Of a stretch of 64,000 bases of DNA, positions 36,755 through 47,120 are shown piece after piece. How positions within the stretch are numbered: the stretch's first letter is position 1; the number at the start of each line of letters is the position of its first letter. The notes beneath the pieces were generated by a model. It did not search any database. It saw nothing but the letters and a program-made list of their open reading frames with translations, and was not told the origin of the DNA. This DNA is from Candidatus Dojkabacteria bacterium. GTDB taxonomy: Bacteria > Patescibacteriota > Dojkabacteria > B142 > OLB20. A program made the position numbers and the translations under genes. The stretch lies in assembly GCA_035444565.1 (NCBI GenBank), contig DAOMOX010000003.1, positions 31,488-95,487 on the forward strand, read 5' to 3'.

Positions 36755-37321
36755 TCAAATAAACTTTTTCAATTTCTCAACATAATCAATAATCTTTTCG
36801 TAGATAATCCAACAGGGCATAAACTCTTCGTTCTTCGAACGGACTTTAGTTTTAAAGTCATCGAAGTCAAACCAAAATAGACCTTCAACTTCAGCATTTT
36901 CCACATTTAAGTTTATTTCTTCGTCAAGATTTAGAATATATATATGAACAAATTCGTTCTCAGATAAATCGACTTTAGGATTATGATATCCAACTCTATC
37001 AATACCTAGATAGGTTAAATCATCGGTTTTAATTTGTAAATTTATTTCTTCTCGTGATTCTTTTACTAAAGTGGAAAGTGGTGCTGCCCCAGATTTAATG
37101 TGGCCACCAACTGGGCATGCGTACATACTTGCAAACAGCATCTTATCTTTCGAGCGTCTTTGAAATAATACACGATTATTTTTATCTAAAATGTATAGAT
37201 GTATAGACTGATGCCAATTTCCATCTTTATGGATTAAGTCTCGAGTTTTTGATTGAGATGTAACCCTTCCTTGATTATCTAAGATGTCTATTGTTTCTGA
37301 TTTATTATCGGCTGTGTTCAT
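36755..37321 (-). CDS. Nudix-family hydrolase (probable)
   Basis: GGHIKSGAAPLSTLVKESREEINL approximates the Nudix box (G.{5}E.{7}REuxEExGu). Confidence 0.5.
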   Translation of the reverse strand: MNTADNKSETIDILDNQGRVTSQSKTRDLIHKDGNWHQSIHLYILDKNNRVLFQRRSKDKMLFASMYACPVGGHIKSGAAPLSTLVKESREEINLQIKTDDLTYLGIDRVGYHNPKVDLSENEFVHIYILNLDEEINLNVENAEVEGLFWFDFDDFKTKVRSKNEEFMPCWIIYEKIIDYVEKLKKFI

Positions 37322-37496
37322 TTAATATAATTTTAAATATTTATTTATTACTTTATCACTATACACTTTATTCTGAAAAGCATTGAAGCGGGGGAACTCA
37401 AGTCGATGAATTTGACAAACAATTGGTAGGGGAGATCCCGTACAACTCCTTTTAGTCGTTTACTGGATTACAGAGTTTCTAAATTCATGTGTGTCT

Positions 37497-38020
37497 TGAA
37501 AAGATCCTCGATAATTTCGCTTCGCTCAATTTCGAGGATTATTGATTTGCTAAGCTCATGCTTCGCTAAGAATATGCCTTGTATTAGATCCCGTACAACT
37601 CCTTTCAGTCGTTTACGGGATTACAACTTTTCTAAACTCGCAAGCTCGTTAAGAAAAGTTAGTAAGCTGGAACAGAGATTCCTAAACCAGCTGTTGGTGA
37701 AGAATGAACCTTACAGCTGGTTAGTCCCTGCCTTCAGATTTTTATCTGAAGGAGGGGAGAACTCAATTGGACCGTATTTAGATAAACAAAACAAGGGAAG
37801 ATCCTGTGCAATTAAATGTAGTGTTAATTGAAAAGATCCTCGATAATTTCGCTTCGCTCAATTTCGAGGATTATTGATTTGCTAAGCTCATGCTTCGCTA
37901 AGAATATGCCTTGTATTAGATCCCGTACAACTCCTTTCAGTCGTTTACGGGATTACAACTTTTCTAAACTCGCAAGCTCGTTAAGAAAAGTTAGTAAGCT
38001 GGAACAGAGATTCGAACTCT
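37497..38020. repeat. ~184-bp direct repeat (37497-37680 and 37838-38020) whose end contains the last 16 nt of tRNA-Thr(GGU); a further partial copy lies at 37415-37470
   Basis: The two ORF-track products (37487 and 37828) share an identical 60-aa string, so the DNA is duplicated. Each copy ends in GCTGGAACAGAGATTC, the reverse complement of the tRNA 3' end, but only the second copy continues into a complete tRNA. Confidence 0.85.
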
Positions 38021-38069
38021 GGACCCCACCCTTACCATGGGTGTGCTCTGCCAACTGAGCTATTCCAGC
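37997..38069 (-). tRNA. tRNA-Thr (anticodon GGU)
   Basis: The reverse complement is GCTGGAATAGCTCAGTTGGCAGAGCACACCCATGGTAAGGGTGGGGTCCAGAGTTCGAATCTCTGTTCCAGCT. Confidence 0.85.
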
Positions 38070-38452
38070 GTAGCTGGTCTCAAAACCAACTGCTTGTCCT
38101 TCGTAGCTTTAGCGAAGAAGGAAGCTATTCCAGCATGAGAAAAATTATAACAGAAAACAATTGAAATGAGCATAAAAAAGCCCTACTGCAGTTCCCTGAT
38201 AGAAGAATTGGAAACTCCTAAACCACAAGTGGTTGTCCTCAGTCCCATCTACACGTAGACAGGAAGATTTCGGATTCCCTATTGAAAGTGTCGAGTTCAA
38301 TTTGATCTATCAAAAGAGCATTGGTAGGGCAGTAAAGTATATCAAAATTGAATCCCAAGTAACAATAAATCTTCTGATATTGCGCAAACAACTAGAACTC
38401 TAGGTGGAATATTCCCTGTTACAAGTGGTAGAATATTGAACTTAACTTACCA

Positions 38453-39517
38453 TTGAACTCTGTGATAATTTTTAATAAGCTGCTCCCTGCTATAACTCAT
38501 GATGTAGGTATTGATTTGGGTACCACTAATACAATTGTATCTATAAAAGGTCACGGGATTGTGGTCAGTGAGCCATCTGTTGTTGCTATAAATAAAGATA
38601 CTAAAAAGATTCTAGCCGTCGGAGAGGAAGCCAGAAGAATGATAGGTAGAACTCCAGCAGCAATTATTGCGGTTAGACCACTTAAAGATGGCGTTATTTC
38701 CGACTTCGATTCTACAGAAGCGATGATTAGATATTTTATCCATAGAGTTTACGATGAATACCCTAAATTATTAAAAATAAAACGACCTAGAGTTGTAATA
38801 GGAATCCCTTCATCTATAACAGAAGTAGAGGCTAGAGCGGTAATTGATGCTGCTACATCCGCAGGAGCAAGAAAAGTATATATCGTGGAGGAGCCAATGG
38901 CAGCTGCGATTGGGGCTGGTTTGGCGATAGACGACGCTTCAGGAAGTATGGTCGTAGACATTGGCGGAGGAACTACTGACATTGCTGTCATTTCACTCGG
39001 TGGGATTGTTGTAGATACAACTGTACGGATAGCTGGAAATGAAATTGATGACGAAATATTAAATTATGTTAAAAATAAATATAACTTACAAATTGGTCTC
39101 AAATTTGCCGAGGATGTGAAAATAGCAATTGGATCAGTCAAACCATTAAAAAAAGAAAGAGAAATGGAGGTAAAGGGGAGAGATATGATTACGGGACTTC
39201 CAAAAATTATTACACTTACTAGTGTTGAGGTTCGTGAAGCAATGATCAAAGTTATCGATAAAATTGTTGAGTCAATCAAAGATGCTCTCGAGCAAACACC
39301 ACCTGAAATACTCTCAGACTTATTGGATAAGGGGATTACACTGGCTGGTGGTGGTGCTCTTATAGAGGGCTTGGACCGATATTTGGAGGAAAAGTTGCAA
39401 ACACCCGTGATTGTGGCTGACGATCCACTCACATGTGTAGTTCGAGGTACTGCAACATTACTAGAAGAAATCGATCTTTTAGAGCGACTCCAGTTAAAAG
39501 ATAGAGATATTTTTTAA
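38453..39517 (+). CDS. mreB: Rod-shape protein MreB, paralog 2 (the copy linked to mreCD-pbp2)
   Basis: DVGIDLGTTNTIVS and EPSVVAIN. It has the same architecture as 26376-27383. Confidence 0.85.
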   Translation: MNSVIIFNKLLPAITHDVGIDLGTTNTIVSIKGHGIVVSEPSVVAINKDTKKILAVGEEARRMIGRTPAAIIAVRPLKDGVISDFDSTEAMIRYFIHRVYDEYPKLLKIKRPRVVIGIPSSITEVEARAVIDAATSAGARKVYIVEEPMAAAIGAGLAIDDASGSMVVDIGGGTTDIAVISLGGIVVDTTVRIAGNEIDDEILNYVKNKYNLQIGLKFAEDVKIAIGSVKPLKKEREMEVKGRDMITGLPKIITLTSVEVREAMIKVIDKIVESIKDALEQTPPEILSDLLDKGITLAGGGALIEGLDRYLEEKLQTPVIVADDPLTCVVRGTATLLEEIDLLERLQLKDRDIF

Positions 39518-39528
39518 GTGTAAATAAT

Positions 39529-40347
39529 TTGCCCAGTATTAAAACAAACAAACAATTGCTATCTCTACCACTAAACATAGGATTGCTCATCTTGTGTCTA
39601 CTTTTACTTCTATTTGATGGAATCGGTTTTTTCAATCCAATAAAAAGCGTTGCACATAGCATTGGTGTTAATATAACGAATGATTCGTCACGAACAATTG
39701 ACAGTGTATTTAAAACCACAGATGTCTTTAAAGACAGAAAGGAAACATTAGAGAAAGTGGAGCAACTTGAAGAAGAAAATCTTATTTTAAGGTCAGAAAA
39801 CACCAAGTTATATACAAATCTCAAGGAACTAGAAATTATAAAAGAACAAAATACTTTTACCAATCAAGCTGAAACGATTCCGGCAACTGTTACCTCTTAT
39901 ATCCCTGACAAATTTGGACATGTATTAATTAACAAAGGAAGCATGGACAACGTGAAAGTTGGTGATGCATTAATTATCAAGAACTTCTTACTCGGAGAGA
40001 TTGTAGAAGTCAATAGAATAAATAGTATAGCCAGATTAATAAATTCGCCTGATACAATTATTTCTGCAATTTCTATGGAAAACAATGCAAAAGGAGTTAT
40101 CAAGGGCGACTTTAGTATAGGACTAGTAATGAACGAAATTCCTCGCGGCAGTACTATCAATGTAGGTGAGAGTGTCATAACTAGCTCTGAGAATGAGATT
40201 TTACAAAAAGGATTAGTTGTTGGGGAGGTGGTTGAGGTTAATGATAATGATAGCTTGACTACGAAAAGTGCAGTGTTAAAAATAATCCCTGACCTTAAAA
40301 ATTTGGATGAAGTATTTATACTTAGTATCGAAAGAAATGTTGAGTAA
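39529..40347 (+). CDS. mreC: Rod-shape protein MreC
   Basis: N-terminal TM helix, a coiled-coil (LEEENLILRSENTKLYTNLKELE), then beta-rich domains. It sits between mreB and mreD. Confidence 0.7.
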   Translation: MPSIKTNKQLLSLPLNIGLLILCLLLLLFDGIGFFNPIKSVAHSIGVNITNDSSRTIDSVFKTTDVFKDRKETLEKVEQLEEENLILRSENTKLYTNLKELEIIKEQNTFTNQAETIPATVTSYIPDKFGHVLINKGSMDNVKVGDALIIKNFLLGEIVEVNRINSIARLINSPDTIISAISMENNAKGVIKGDFSIGLVMNEIPRGSTINVGESVITSSENEILQKGLVVGEVVEVNDNDSLTTKSAVLKIIPDLKNLDEVFILSIERNVE

Positions 40348-40816
40348 AATATTTGGTTTCTTTTTATTCATTATTCTAGTTTTATTAGAAGTATCTCTAC
40401 TCGTTACCGACTATTGGTGGGTGGCTAATATTAATTTACTGATAATAGCAGGTACAATAAAGCTAACAAAAGGGAGTCAAACGGGTGGTTTATTTTTTAT
40501 CTTAATTGGAACAATTATTGTAGATTTGTTGATGTTTAGGAATATAACCTTGATTGCAATGTTTTATACATCAAGTATCTTGATCACAAGGTTTATCTCG
40601 AGATCCTTAAAAATTATTGGATTACCGGGAAGTAGTACACATTCATTTGTGGTTTTTCTTATATTTTTGATTATCAATAATACTTATTTATATATAATTA
40701 ATGTCCTAAATATTACTCAGATAATTTTTGTTACAATATCTAGTTTGTTGATTCTTGTTGGTTCCTTACTAATAACTTCAGTAAAACGCAAATCTCGCAA
40801 TGCTTTCAAAATATAA
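40307..40816 (+). CDS. mreD: Rod-shape protein MreD (polytopic membrane)
   Basis: Small hydrophobic protein in the canonical position after mreC. Confidence 0.5.
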   Translation: MKYLYLVSKEMLSKIFGFFLFIILVLLEVSLLVTDYWWVANINLLIIAGTIKLTKGSQTGGLFFILIGTIIVDLLMFRNITLIAMFYTSSILITRFISRSLKIIGLPGSSTHSFVVFLIFLIINNTYLYIINVLNITQIIFVTISSLLILVGSLLITSVKRKSRNAFKI

Positions 40817-42671
40817 AGAAAAACTCAAAATCTCAAGTAGAATTAATTTTAGTCAAAAAGAAGACTATAGTTTTCACTTAGTATACATATGCATTTTTTT
40901 AATTTTCGTGTTTTTGATTATCGGATTATTTCAAATGCAATTTCTTCAAGGTCGTCAAAACCTACTTGCAGCAACTAGAACAAGTCAAAATATATCTCTA
41001 GTACTACCACAGAGAGGGGTAATTTATGATGCAAATGGGAATATATTAGCTTATAACGCCCCGACATATTCTGTTTACGCAGACAAAACACAGATAGATG
41101 TCGAAAACGAAAGAGAGATTTTTAGTAAACTCGCAGATTTGATTGATTCTGATGTAGAGGTACTACTAGATGTATATCGGACAGAGTTGTATTCGATAGT
41201 AAAGGAGGAGAGCTTAATCCGTGTGAAGTCTGGGATTAATTCGGACACTTATTTCAGGTTGATAGAAAATTCGGATGAATTAATTGGCTTCACCATACAG
41301 AATGATACTCAAAGACGTTATTCTGATCCCGAGTATTTTTCACATATCCTTGGATATATTGGAAAACCAGCTGAAAATGAATTGTCAGATGAGATTTTCA
41401 CTGTTTCAAAGGTCGGTAAACTTGGTGTTGAAAAGGTCTATGATGACTATTTGAGAGGTAAAGTAGGTAAAAAAATTGAACAAAAACAATATTTAGAAGA
41501 TATCGAGTCAACTTTTATTTCAGAAAATAAAATTGATGGTGATAATCTTCATTTAACTATAGATTCCCGATGGCAAAAGAAGCTTAGCGATATTATGGAG
41601 GAAAGCTTGGTACAAGTTGAGGGATTTGCATCTGCAGGTGTAATTATGGATAGTAATTCAGGAGAAATTAAGGCGATGGTCGGAATTCCTGGATATGACA
41701 ATAACCTTTTTAGCGACGGAATCAAAAACGAACAATATCAGAAATTTTTAGAAGATGATAAAACCCCTCTATTAAACAGGCCAATTGCTCTACAATTACC
41801 TTCAGGATCAATTTTTAAGGTGATAGGAGCATCAGCAGGTCTTGAGACTGGAGTGATTAACAGAAATACAATCATAATGTCAGAAGGTTGTCTGGAACTT
41901 TCAGCAGGAATTGTTTTCTGTGAAGCTGATAAGAAGGTTTTGGGAAACCTCAATGTAGTTCAAGCCCTGAGTCAATCAAGTAATCTATTCTTTTGTAAGG
42001 TTGCAATGAGCTTAAATAGGGATGCTGATGGAATATATACAACACTTAAATATGCTGAGGATTATGGTCTTGGGAGTAAAACAGGAATAGATTTATATGG
42101 AGAACAGGTTGGCTCGCTTCCATCTCCTGAATTGAAAAAGAAATTATTTAATGAAAACTGGTATTTAGGAGATGACTGTAACAGTATGATTGGACAAGGG
42201 TTACTTACAGTCACTCCAATACAGATGGTTGTAGTAGCTTCCGCGATAAATAACGGAGGTGAAGTATTAAAACCACATGTGCTTGATAAAGTAGTGAGTC
42301 AAGAAAATGAGATTGTATTAGAGTCACAGAAAGAAGTTATAAGGAAAGTAAGCGTTTCTGAAACTAATCTAGATATAATAAAAGAAGGAATGAAATCCGC
42401 AGCAAAAGAGGGGAGTGGTAGTATACTGAGAGACTTGAATGCAGATATAATTATTAAAACAGGATCGGCTGATGCTTCGGAAGTGATTAATGGTAAGGTT
42501 TATTCAGGAGCACACTCCTGGATAATGGGCTGTTTCAATCATCAAGGTAGTGATAATTGTTTTGTCGTAATCCAACAATGGGCTGGAAGAGGATATCAAA
42601 CCGTCCCAATTATTAAAAAATTCGTAAATTGTGTACAAACTGATTTTTCTCCAAATTGCGAAAAAATCTAG
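40800..42671 (+). CDS. mrdA: Penicillin-binding protein 2 (class B transpeptidase)
   Basis: TM anchor and PBP dimerisation region. The transpeptidase motifs are SGSIFKV (SxxK), SQSSN (SxN), and KTGSA (KTG). Confidence 0.85.
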   Translation: MLSKYKEKLKISSRINFSQKEDYSFHLVYICIFLIFVFLIIGLFQMQFLQGRQNLLAATRTSQNISLVLPQRGVIYDANGNILAYNAPTYSVYADKTQIDVENEREIFSKLADLIDSDVEVLLDVYRTELYSIVKEESLIRVKSGINSDTYFRLIENSDELIGFTIQNDTQRRYSDPEYFSHILGYIGKPAENELSDEIFTVSKVGKLGVEKVYDDYLRGKVGKKIEQKQYLEDIESTFISENKIDGDNLHLTIDSRWQKKLSDIMEESLVQVEGFASAGVIMDSNSGEIKAMVGIPGYDNNLFSDGIKNEQYQKFLEDDKTPLLNRPIALQLPSGSIFKVIGASAGLETGVINRNTIIMSEGCLELSAGIVFCEADKKVLGNLNVVQALSQSSNLFFCKVAMSLNRDADGIYTTLKYAEDYGLGSKTGIDLYGEQVGSLPSPELKKKLFNENWYLGDDCNSMIGQGLLTVTPIQMVVVASAINNGGEVLKPHVLDKVVSQENEIVLESQKEVIRKVSVSETNLDIIKEGMKSAAKEGSGSILRDLNADIIIKTGSADASEVINGKVYSGAHSWIMGCFNHQGSDNCFVVIQQWAGRGYQTVPIIKKFVNCVQTDFSPNCEKI

Positions 42672-42729
42672 TTTCTCCAGAGATTTTTCATCTTCATAAT
42701 CCATAATCATAGATTAGTTATGGTGTTAA

Positions 42730-43746
42730 ATGGAGATATCAGAAAAATATGCTAGATTGAAATTTTCGCAATTGAATGGCTTCAAGTTTGCCAATTTTTT
42801 GGAAATTTTAGAAAAGTTTGAAACGATAGAGAATTTCTTTGAATACAATCCAAAAATAACGCATGGTAAGCTTCAACAAGGCGTAGAATCAGATAAATTA
42901 GATGATATTCCAAATGACAATTTCGTTGTTTACGGAGAAGGGAATTATCCAAGATTACTTACCGAAACTCCTTATCCTCCAATAACTCTTTTTTATAAAG
43001 GTGATATTTCGCTATGTAACGAACAAAACTTGATTAGCATTGTTGGAACCAGAAAACACAGCAGTTATGGAGAAAGAGTGACTAAGGTTATTATTGAGGG
43101 TTTAGGAAAATACAATTATGTATTTATCAGCGGTATGGCACTTGGAATAGACACACTAGTTCATAGTTACTCTTTAGCAAATAAACTTAAAACAATTGCT
43201 GTAATTCCATCTTCTCTTGATAAACCTATGCCGATGTCAAATAGGAAGTTATTTAATCAAATTGCCGAAGACGGGTTAGTAATCACCGAATGTTTAAACA
43301 ATTTCATCTGGAATAAAAGTGTATACGCTAAAAGAAATAGAATAATTGCCGGATTGTCTCCTAAGACAGTTGTTATAGAAGCACCTAGGAAAAGTGGTTC
43401 ACTCATAACTGCAAATCTAGCATTTGAATATAATAGGGAAGTGTATGCTATCCCCGGAAACATTGACTCCGTTTATTCTTTAGGTACAAATAAATTGATA
43501 AAAGACTTAAAAGCACAACTTTTTTCCGGAGTTGATGATATAATCCCCGGACAATTGAAAATGTATAAAGGTATGGACTCAAATAAAATTATAAATTTAT
43601 TAAGGGTCGAACAACTGGATATTGAACAAATTAGTGAATTGCTTGATATGGATATTAACGACACAAAAAACGAGATTCTACAGTTAGAATTAAAAGGCCA
43701 AATTTGCTTAAATACTGATGGTAAGTATAATATAAAATTGCTTTAA
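42730..43746 (+). CDS. dprA: DNA-processing protein DprA/Smf
   Basis: Rossmann-like block SIVGTRKHSSYG...ISGMALGID and a C-terminal winged-helix-like tail. Confidence 0.8.
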   Translation: MEISEKYARLKFSQLNGFKFANFLEILEKFETIENFFEYNPKITHGKLQQGVESDKLDDIPNDNFVVYGEGNYPRLLTETPYPPITLFYKGDISLCNEQNLISIVGTRKHSSYGERVTKVIIEGLGKYNYVFISGMALGIDTLVHSYSLANKLKTIAVIPSSLDKPMPMSNRKLFNQIAEDGLVITECLNNFIWNKSVYAKRNRIIAGLSPKTVVIEAPRKSGSLITANLAFEYNREVYAIPGNIDSVYSLGTNKLIKDLKAQLFSGVDDIIPGQLKMYKGMDSNKIINLLRVEQLDIEQISELLDMDINDTKNEILQLELKGQICLNTDGKYNIKLL

Positions 43747-43755
43747 AAAATTTTT

Positions 43756-45987
43756 ATGAATTTAGTAATTGTTGAATCGCCTGCTAAGGCAAAGACTATT
43801 GAAAAATATTTAGGTCGTGATTACAAGGTGTTAGCCTCAAAAGGACACATTGTTGATCTCCCTAAATCAAATATTGGTATCGATGTTGAAAATAATTTCG
43901 AACCTGACTATGTAGTCACAAATCAGAAATCTCTAACAGCTTTGAAGAACGCTGCTAAGGGTTCTGATACTATTTTAATAGCTGTTGATAGCGATAGAGA
44001 AGGAGAAGCAATAGGATGGCATGTAGCTCAGAAACTTGGATTAATCGATAAATCAGGCAAACCTAAACGTAATGCGAAGCCTCTTCACAGGATTACTTTT
44101 ACAGAAATCACCAAGGATGCACTGCTAAATGCCTTGGAGAATAAACATGATATCAATATCGCACTAGTAAATGCACAACAAGCAAGAAGAGTTCTGGATC
44201 GATTGGTTGGTTACAAGCTTTCTCCACTTTTATGGCAGAAAATTAGGTATGGACTCTCAGCAGGTAGGGTGCAGTCTGTGGCGCTTAGACTAATCGTCGA
44301 TAGGGAGGAAGAACGAAACAAGTTTGTCCCTGAGGAATATTGGAATTTATCTGCGTTACTAGGACAGGATAGAAGATCAGAAAAGAAAAACATCAATATT
44401 TTTACAAAAGAATCTGAGATTGCTTTTAATCCTACTGACTCTAACAATCTGCTTTTCAGATTGGTGAAAGTGAACGGTAGTAATCCAGATTTAAAGGAGC
44501 AGAAAACAAGCAAGAAGGTCATGGAGGATATAATTGACTCAGATTGGGTGATCAAAGATATTAGTAGACAAGAATCATTAAGAAACCCGAAACCTCCATT
44601 TATTACTAGTACATTACAGCAGACTTCTGCAAACAAACTAGGTTTTAGTGCCAAGCAAACGATGAAGTTAGCGCAAGATTTATATGAAGCTGGGCTGATT
44701 ACTTATATGAGGACTGACTCATTAAATATTGCGGACCAAGCAGTCAAACAAATTCGGACATTTGTGGAGAAAAAGTTTGGGCAGGCTAATTTGTCCGAAA
44801 ATGCTAGAACATTTAAAACAAAATCTAAACTTAGTCAAGAGGCTCATGAGGCGATAAGGCCTTCAGATGTGAATGTATTAGCAGAAAGCATAAAGTTCGA
44901 TGAAAAACATCAACGCTTATACAGACTTATATGGCAGAGAACTCTTGCTACTCAAATGAAAGAGGCTAGGGTCGAATCAGTAAAAGTCTCAATCGAGGTA
45001 AAAGGTTATCTTTTCCAACTCAATGGGCAACGATTATTAGAGAAAGGTTATTTAGAGGTATATCCTGAACAATTTACAGAGGCGCTTATTCCTGAACTTT
45101 CTGTTGGTCAACAACTTTACTTGGAAAGTTTAAATGCAGAACAAAAATTCACCGAACCAATTGCGAGATTTACAGAAGCTAGTCTAATTAAAGCATTAGA
45201 AAGCTATGGAATTGGTAGGCCCTCAACATACGCTCCAATCATTTCGACAATTACGTCGAGGAACTATATTGAAAAAGACGGAAGATCTTTGGTGCCAACC
45301 GATACTGGTATGGTGGTTATTAAATTGTTGAAAAAACATTTCGGACAAATTGTTGATACAAATTTCACCGCGCAAATTGAAAATGACTTGGATTCAATCG
45401 CTCAAGGGGAAAAAGATTGGATAAAAGTTTTGCACGAATTTTACACCCCATTCGATAAAAATTTAGAAGCGAAGAAATTGGAAATTAAGAAGGAAGATTA
45501 TACGGTAATTTCTAAAAGTGAAGAGAAATGTCCTGATTGTGGTGGCAAAATGGTCGTAAAACTTGGTAAATTTGGAAAATTCCACAGTTGTGTAGACTTT
45601 CCAAAATGTAAAGGCATGAAATCTTTTGGTGATGATACGCTATTAAATATGGATCAGAAATCCGAAGAATTCACAAATCTTTACTTAAATGCACCAAAAA
45701 CAGATGATGATAGAGAATATTTATTGAAAAGAGGAAGATTCGGATATTTCTGGGCTCACCCGGATTATCCCAAGGTTAAGGATGCAAAACCATTAGAATA
45801 TTCTACTTCAGTATTCAAGGAACTCTATGGATCTGCACCAAAAACAAAAAACGGCAAGAAAATGGTGTTAAGAAAGGGAAGATTTGGAGAATTCTGGGCA
45901 CATCCTGATTATCCAGAGAAAAAAGAAGTTTTTAGAATCAACAATAAAGAACTAAAGGAAAAGAAAAAAGAGCTTGGAGTAGAGTAG
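43756..45987 (+). CDS. topA: DNA topoisomerase I
   Basis: The Toprim start LVIVESPAKAKTIEKYLG, an active-site region with Tyr (LITYMRTDS), and C-terminal zinc ribbons (CPDCGG...CVDFPKC). Confidence 0.9.
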   Translation: MNLVIVESPAKAKTIEKYLGRDYKVLASKGHIVDLPKSNIGIDVENNFEPDYVVTNQKSLTALKNAAKGSDTILIAVDSDREGEAIGWHVAQKLGLIDKSGKPKRNAKPLHRITFTEITKDALLNALENKHDINIALVNAQQARRVLDRLVGYKLSPLLWQKIRYGLSAGRVQSVALRLIVDREEERNKFVPEEYWNLSALLGQDRRSEKKNINIFTKESEIAFNPTDSNNLLFRLVKVNGSNPDLKEQKTSKKVMEDIIDSDWVIKDISRQESLRNPKPPFITSTLQQTSANKLGFSAKQTMKLAQDLYEAGLITYMRTDSLNIADQAVKQIRTFVEKKFGQANLSENARTFKTKSKLSQEAHEAIRPSDVNVLAESIKFDEKHQRLYRLIWQRTLATQMKEARVESVKVSIEVKGYLFQLNGQRLLEKGYLEVYPEQFTEALIPELSVGQQLYLESLNAEQKFTEPIARFTEASLIKALESYGIGRPSTYAPIISTITSRNYIEKDGRSLVPTDTGMVVIKLLKKHFGQIVDTNFTAQIENDLDSIAQGEKDWIKVLHEFYTPFDKNLEAKKLEIKKEDYTVISKSEEKCPDCGGKMVVKLGKFGKFHSCVDFPKCKGMKSFGDDTLLNMDQKSEEFTNLYLNAPKTDDDREYLLKRGRFGYFWAHPDYPKVKDAKPLEYSTSVFKELYGSAPKTKNGKKMVLRKGRFGEFWAHPDYPEKKEVFRINNKELKEKKKELGVE

Positions 45988-46109
45988 TCAGAGAGTTTGG
46001 TATCACTTGGTTGATATGTTATAATCTTTGAAAATCACACACCCTAATTAATATGTAATTCTCCTTGTTTTGCATTAGCAAAATCTTATGGGTGGAGGAA
46101 TAAAGGAGA

Positions 46110-47096
46110 ATGTTTTTTATTATGACAAGTACAACAAATACTTCTGCACCTGTTGCAGACAAAAGCAAACCATCCCTAGAGGATTACGATGTTTCTTCAT
46201 TTCTAAAGGCAGGTGTTCAATTTGGACACGAAACCAAGAGATGGAATCCAAAGATGAAAAAGTTTATCTTTGCTCAGAAGAACAATATTCACATTCTTGA
46301 TATTTCTAAAACTATTGAGTTGTTGGATGTAGCATTGAAGTTCCTTAGCGAAACAGCCTCAAAAGGTGATATCCTATTTGTCGGAACAAAAAGACAAGCA
46401 GCAGAAATTATCAAAGAACAAGCGATAAACTCTGGTGCATATTACATCACAAACAGATGGCCAGGAGGGTTATTAACAAATTTCGAACAAATTAAACAGA
46501 GTCTAAAAAGATACAAGGAATTAGAAAAAGAGTTTCAAGAAGGTGTAGAAGGAAGAACAAAATTCGAAGTTTCGAATATGAAAAAAGAATGGGTAAAAAT
46601 GAATAGACTTTATGAAGGTATTAAAAACATGACTGGATTCCCTAAGGCAATGGTCGTGGTAGATGTAAATTTCGAAAGAAAGGTATTAACTGAAGCGAAA
46701 AGACTTGGAATTCCTGTAGTTGCTATTGTAGATACAAACACAGACCCTGATTTAGTAGATTATCCAATCCCTGGTAATGATGACGCGATTAATTCACTTA
46801 AGTTACTTATAGGATTCTTAGGAAGTGCTGTGAAAAAAGGAAACGGTGGAAAAGGCATCAAACACGAATACGTTGATTATTCCACATACGAGGTTAAAAT
46901 CCTTAAAGCGGAAGATAAAAAAGAAGAGTTAGTAGAAATTGGTGAAAAAGCGAAAGTTCAGGTCGTAGAACCTATGAAAGTTACATCAGGTAAAAAATCG
47001 GCTAATCAGAAAGGAATTTTAGAGAGTATTCAGAAAGAGCGTGAAGCAAAGAGACAAGTTGAGGCTTCACAAGAAAGAGAAGTATCTGCCAAATAA
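46110..47096 (+). CDS. rpsB: 30S ribosomal protein S2 (with a C-terminal charged extension)
   Basis: LKAGVQFGHETKRWNPKM, HILDISKT, and VVVDVNFERKVLTEAKRLGIPVVAIVDTN. Confidence 0.9.
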   Translation: MFFIMTSTTNTSAPVADKSKPSLEDYDVSSFLKAGVQFGHETKRWNPKMKKFIFAQKNNIHILDISKTIELLDVALKFLSETASKGDILFVGTKRQAAEIIKEQAINSGAYYITNRWPGGLLTNFEQIKQSLKRYKELEKEFQEGVEGRTKFEVSNMKKEWVKMNRLYEGIKNMTGFPKAMVVVDVNFERKVLTEAKRLGIPVVAIVDTNTDPDLVDYPIPGNDDAINSLKLLIGFLGSAVKKGNGGKGIKHEYVDYSTYEVKILKAEDKKEELVEIGEKAKVQVVEPMKVTSGKKSANQKGILESIQKEREAKRQVEASQEREVSAK

Positions 47097-47120
47097 TAAT
47101 TTAATTTTTAACTGACTAAA

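Noticed and set aside
37487-38058. ORFs 37487-37831 and 37828-38058 with identical 60-aa stretches
   Set aside because: They are translations of the 184-bp direct repeat. The second runs through the tRNA-Thr(GGU) gene. I see no coding signal, and the region is better explained as non-coding repeats.
46088-46300. ORF 46088-46300 overlapping the start of rpsB
   Set aside because: It is a different frame of the rpsB 5' region. S2 homology clearly belongs to the 46110 frame.
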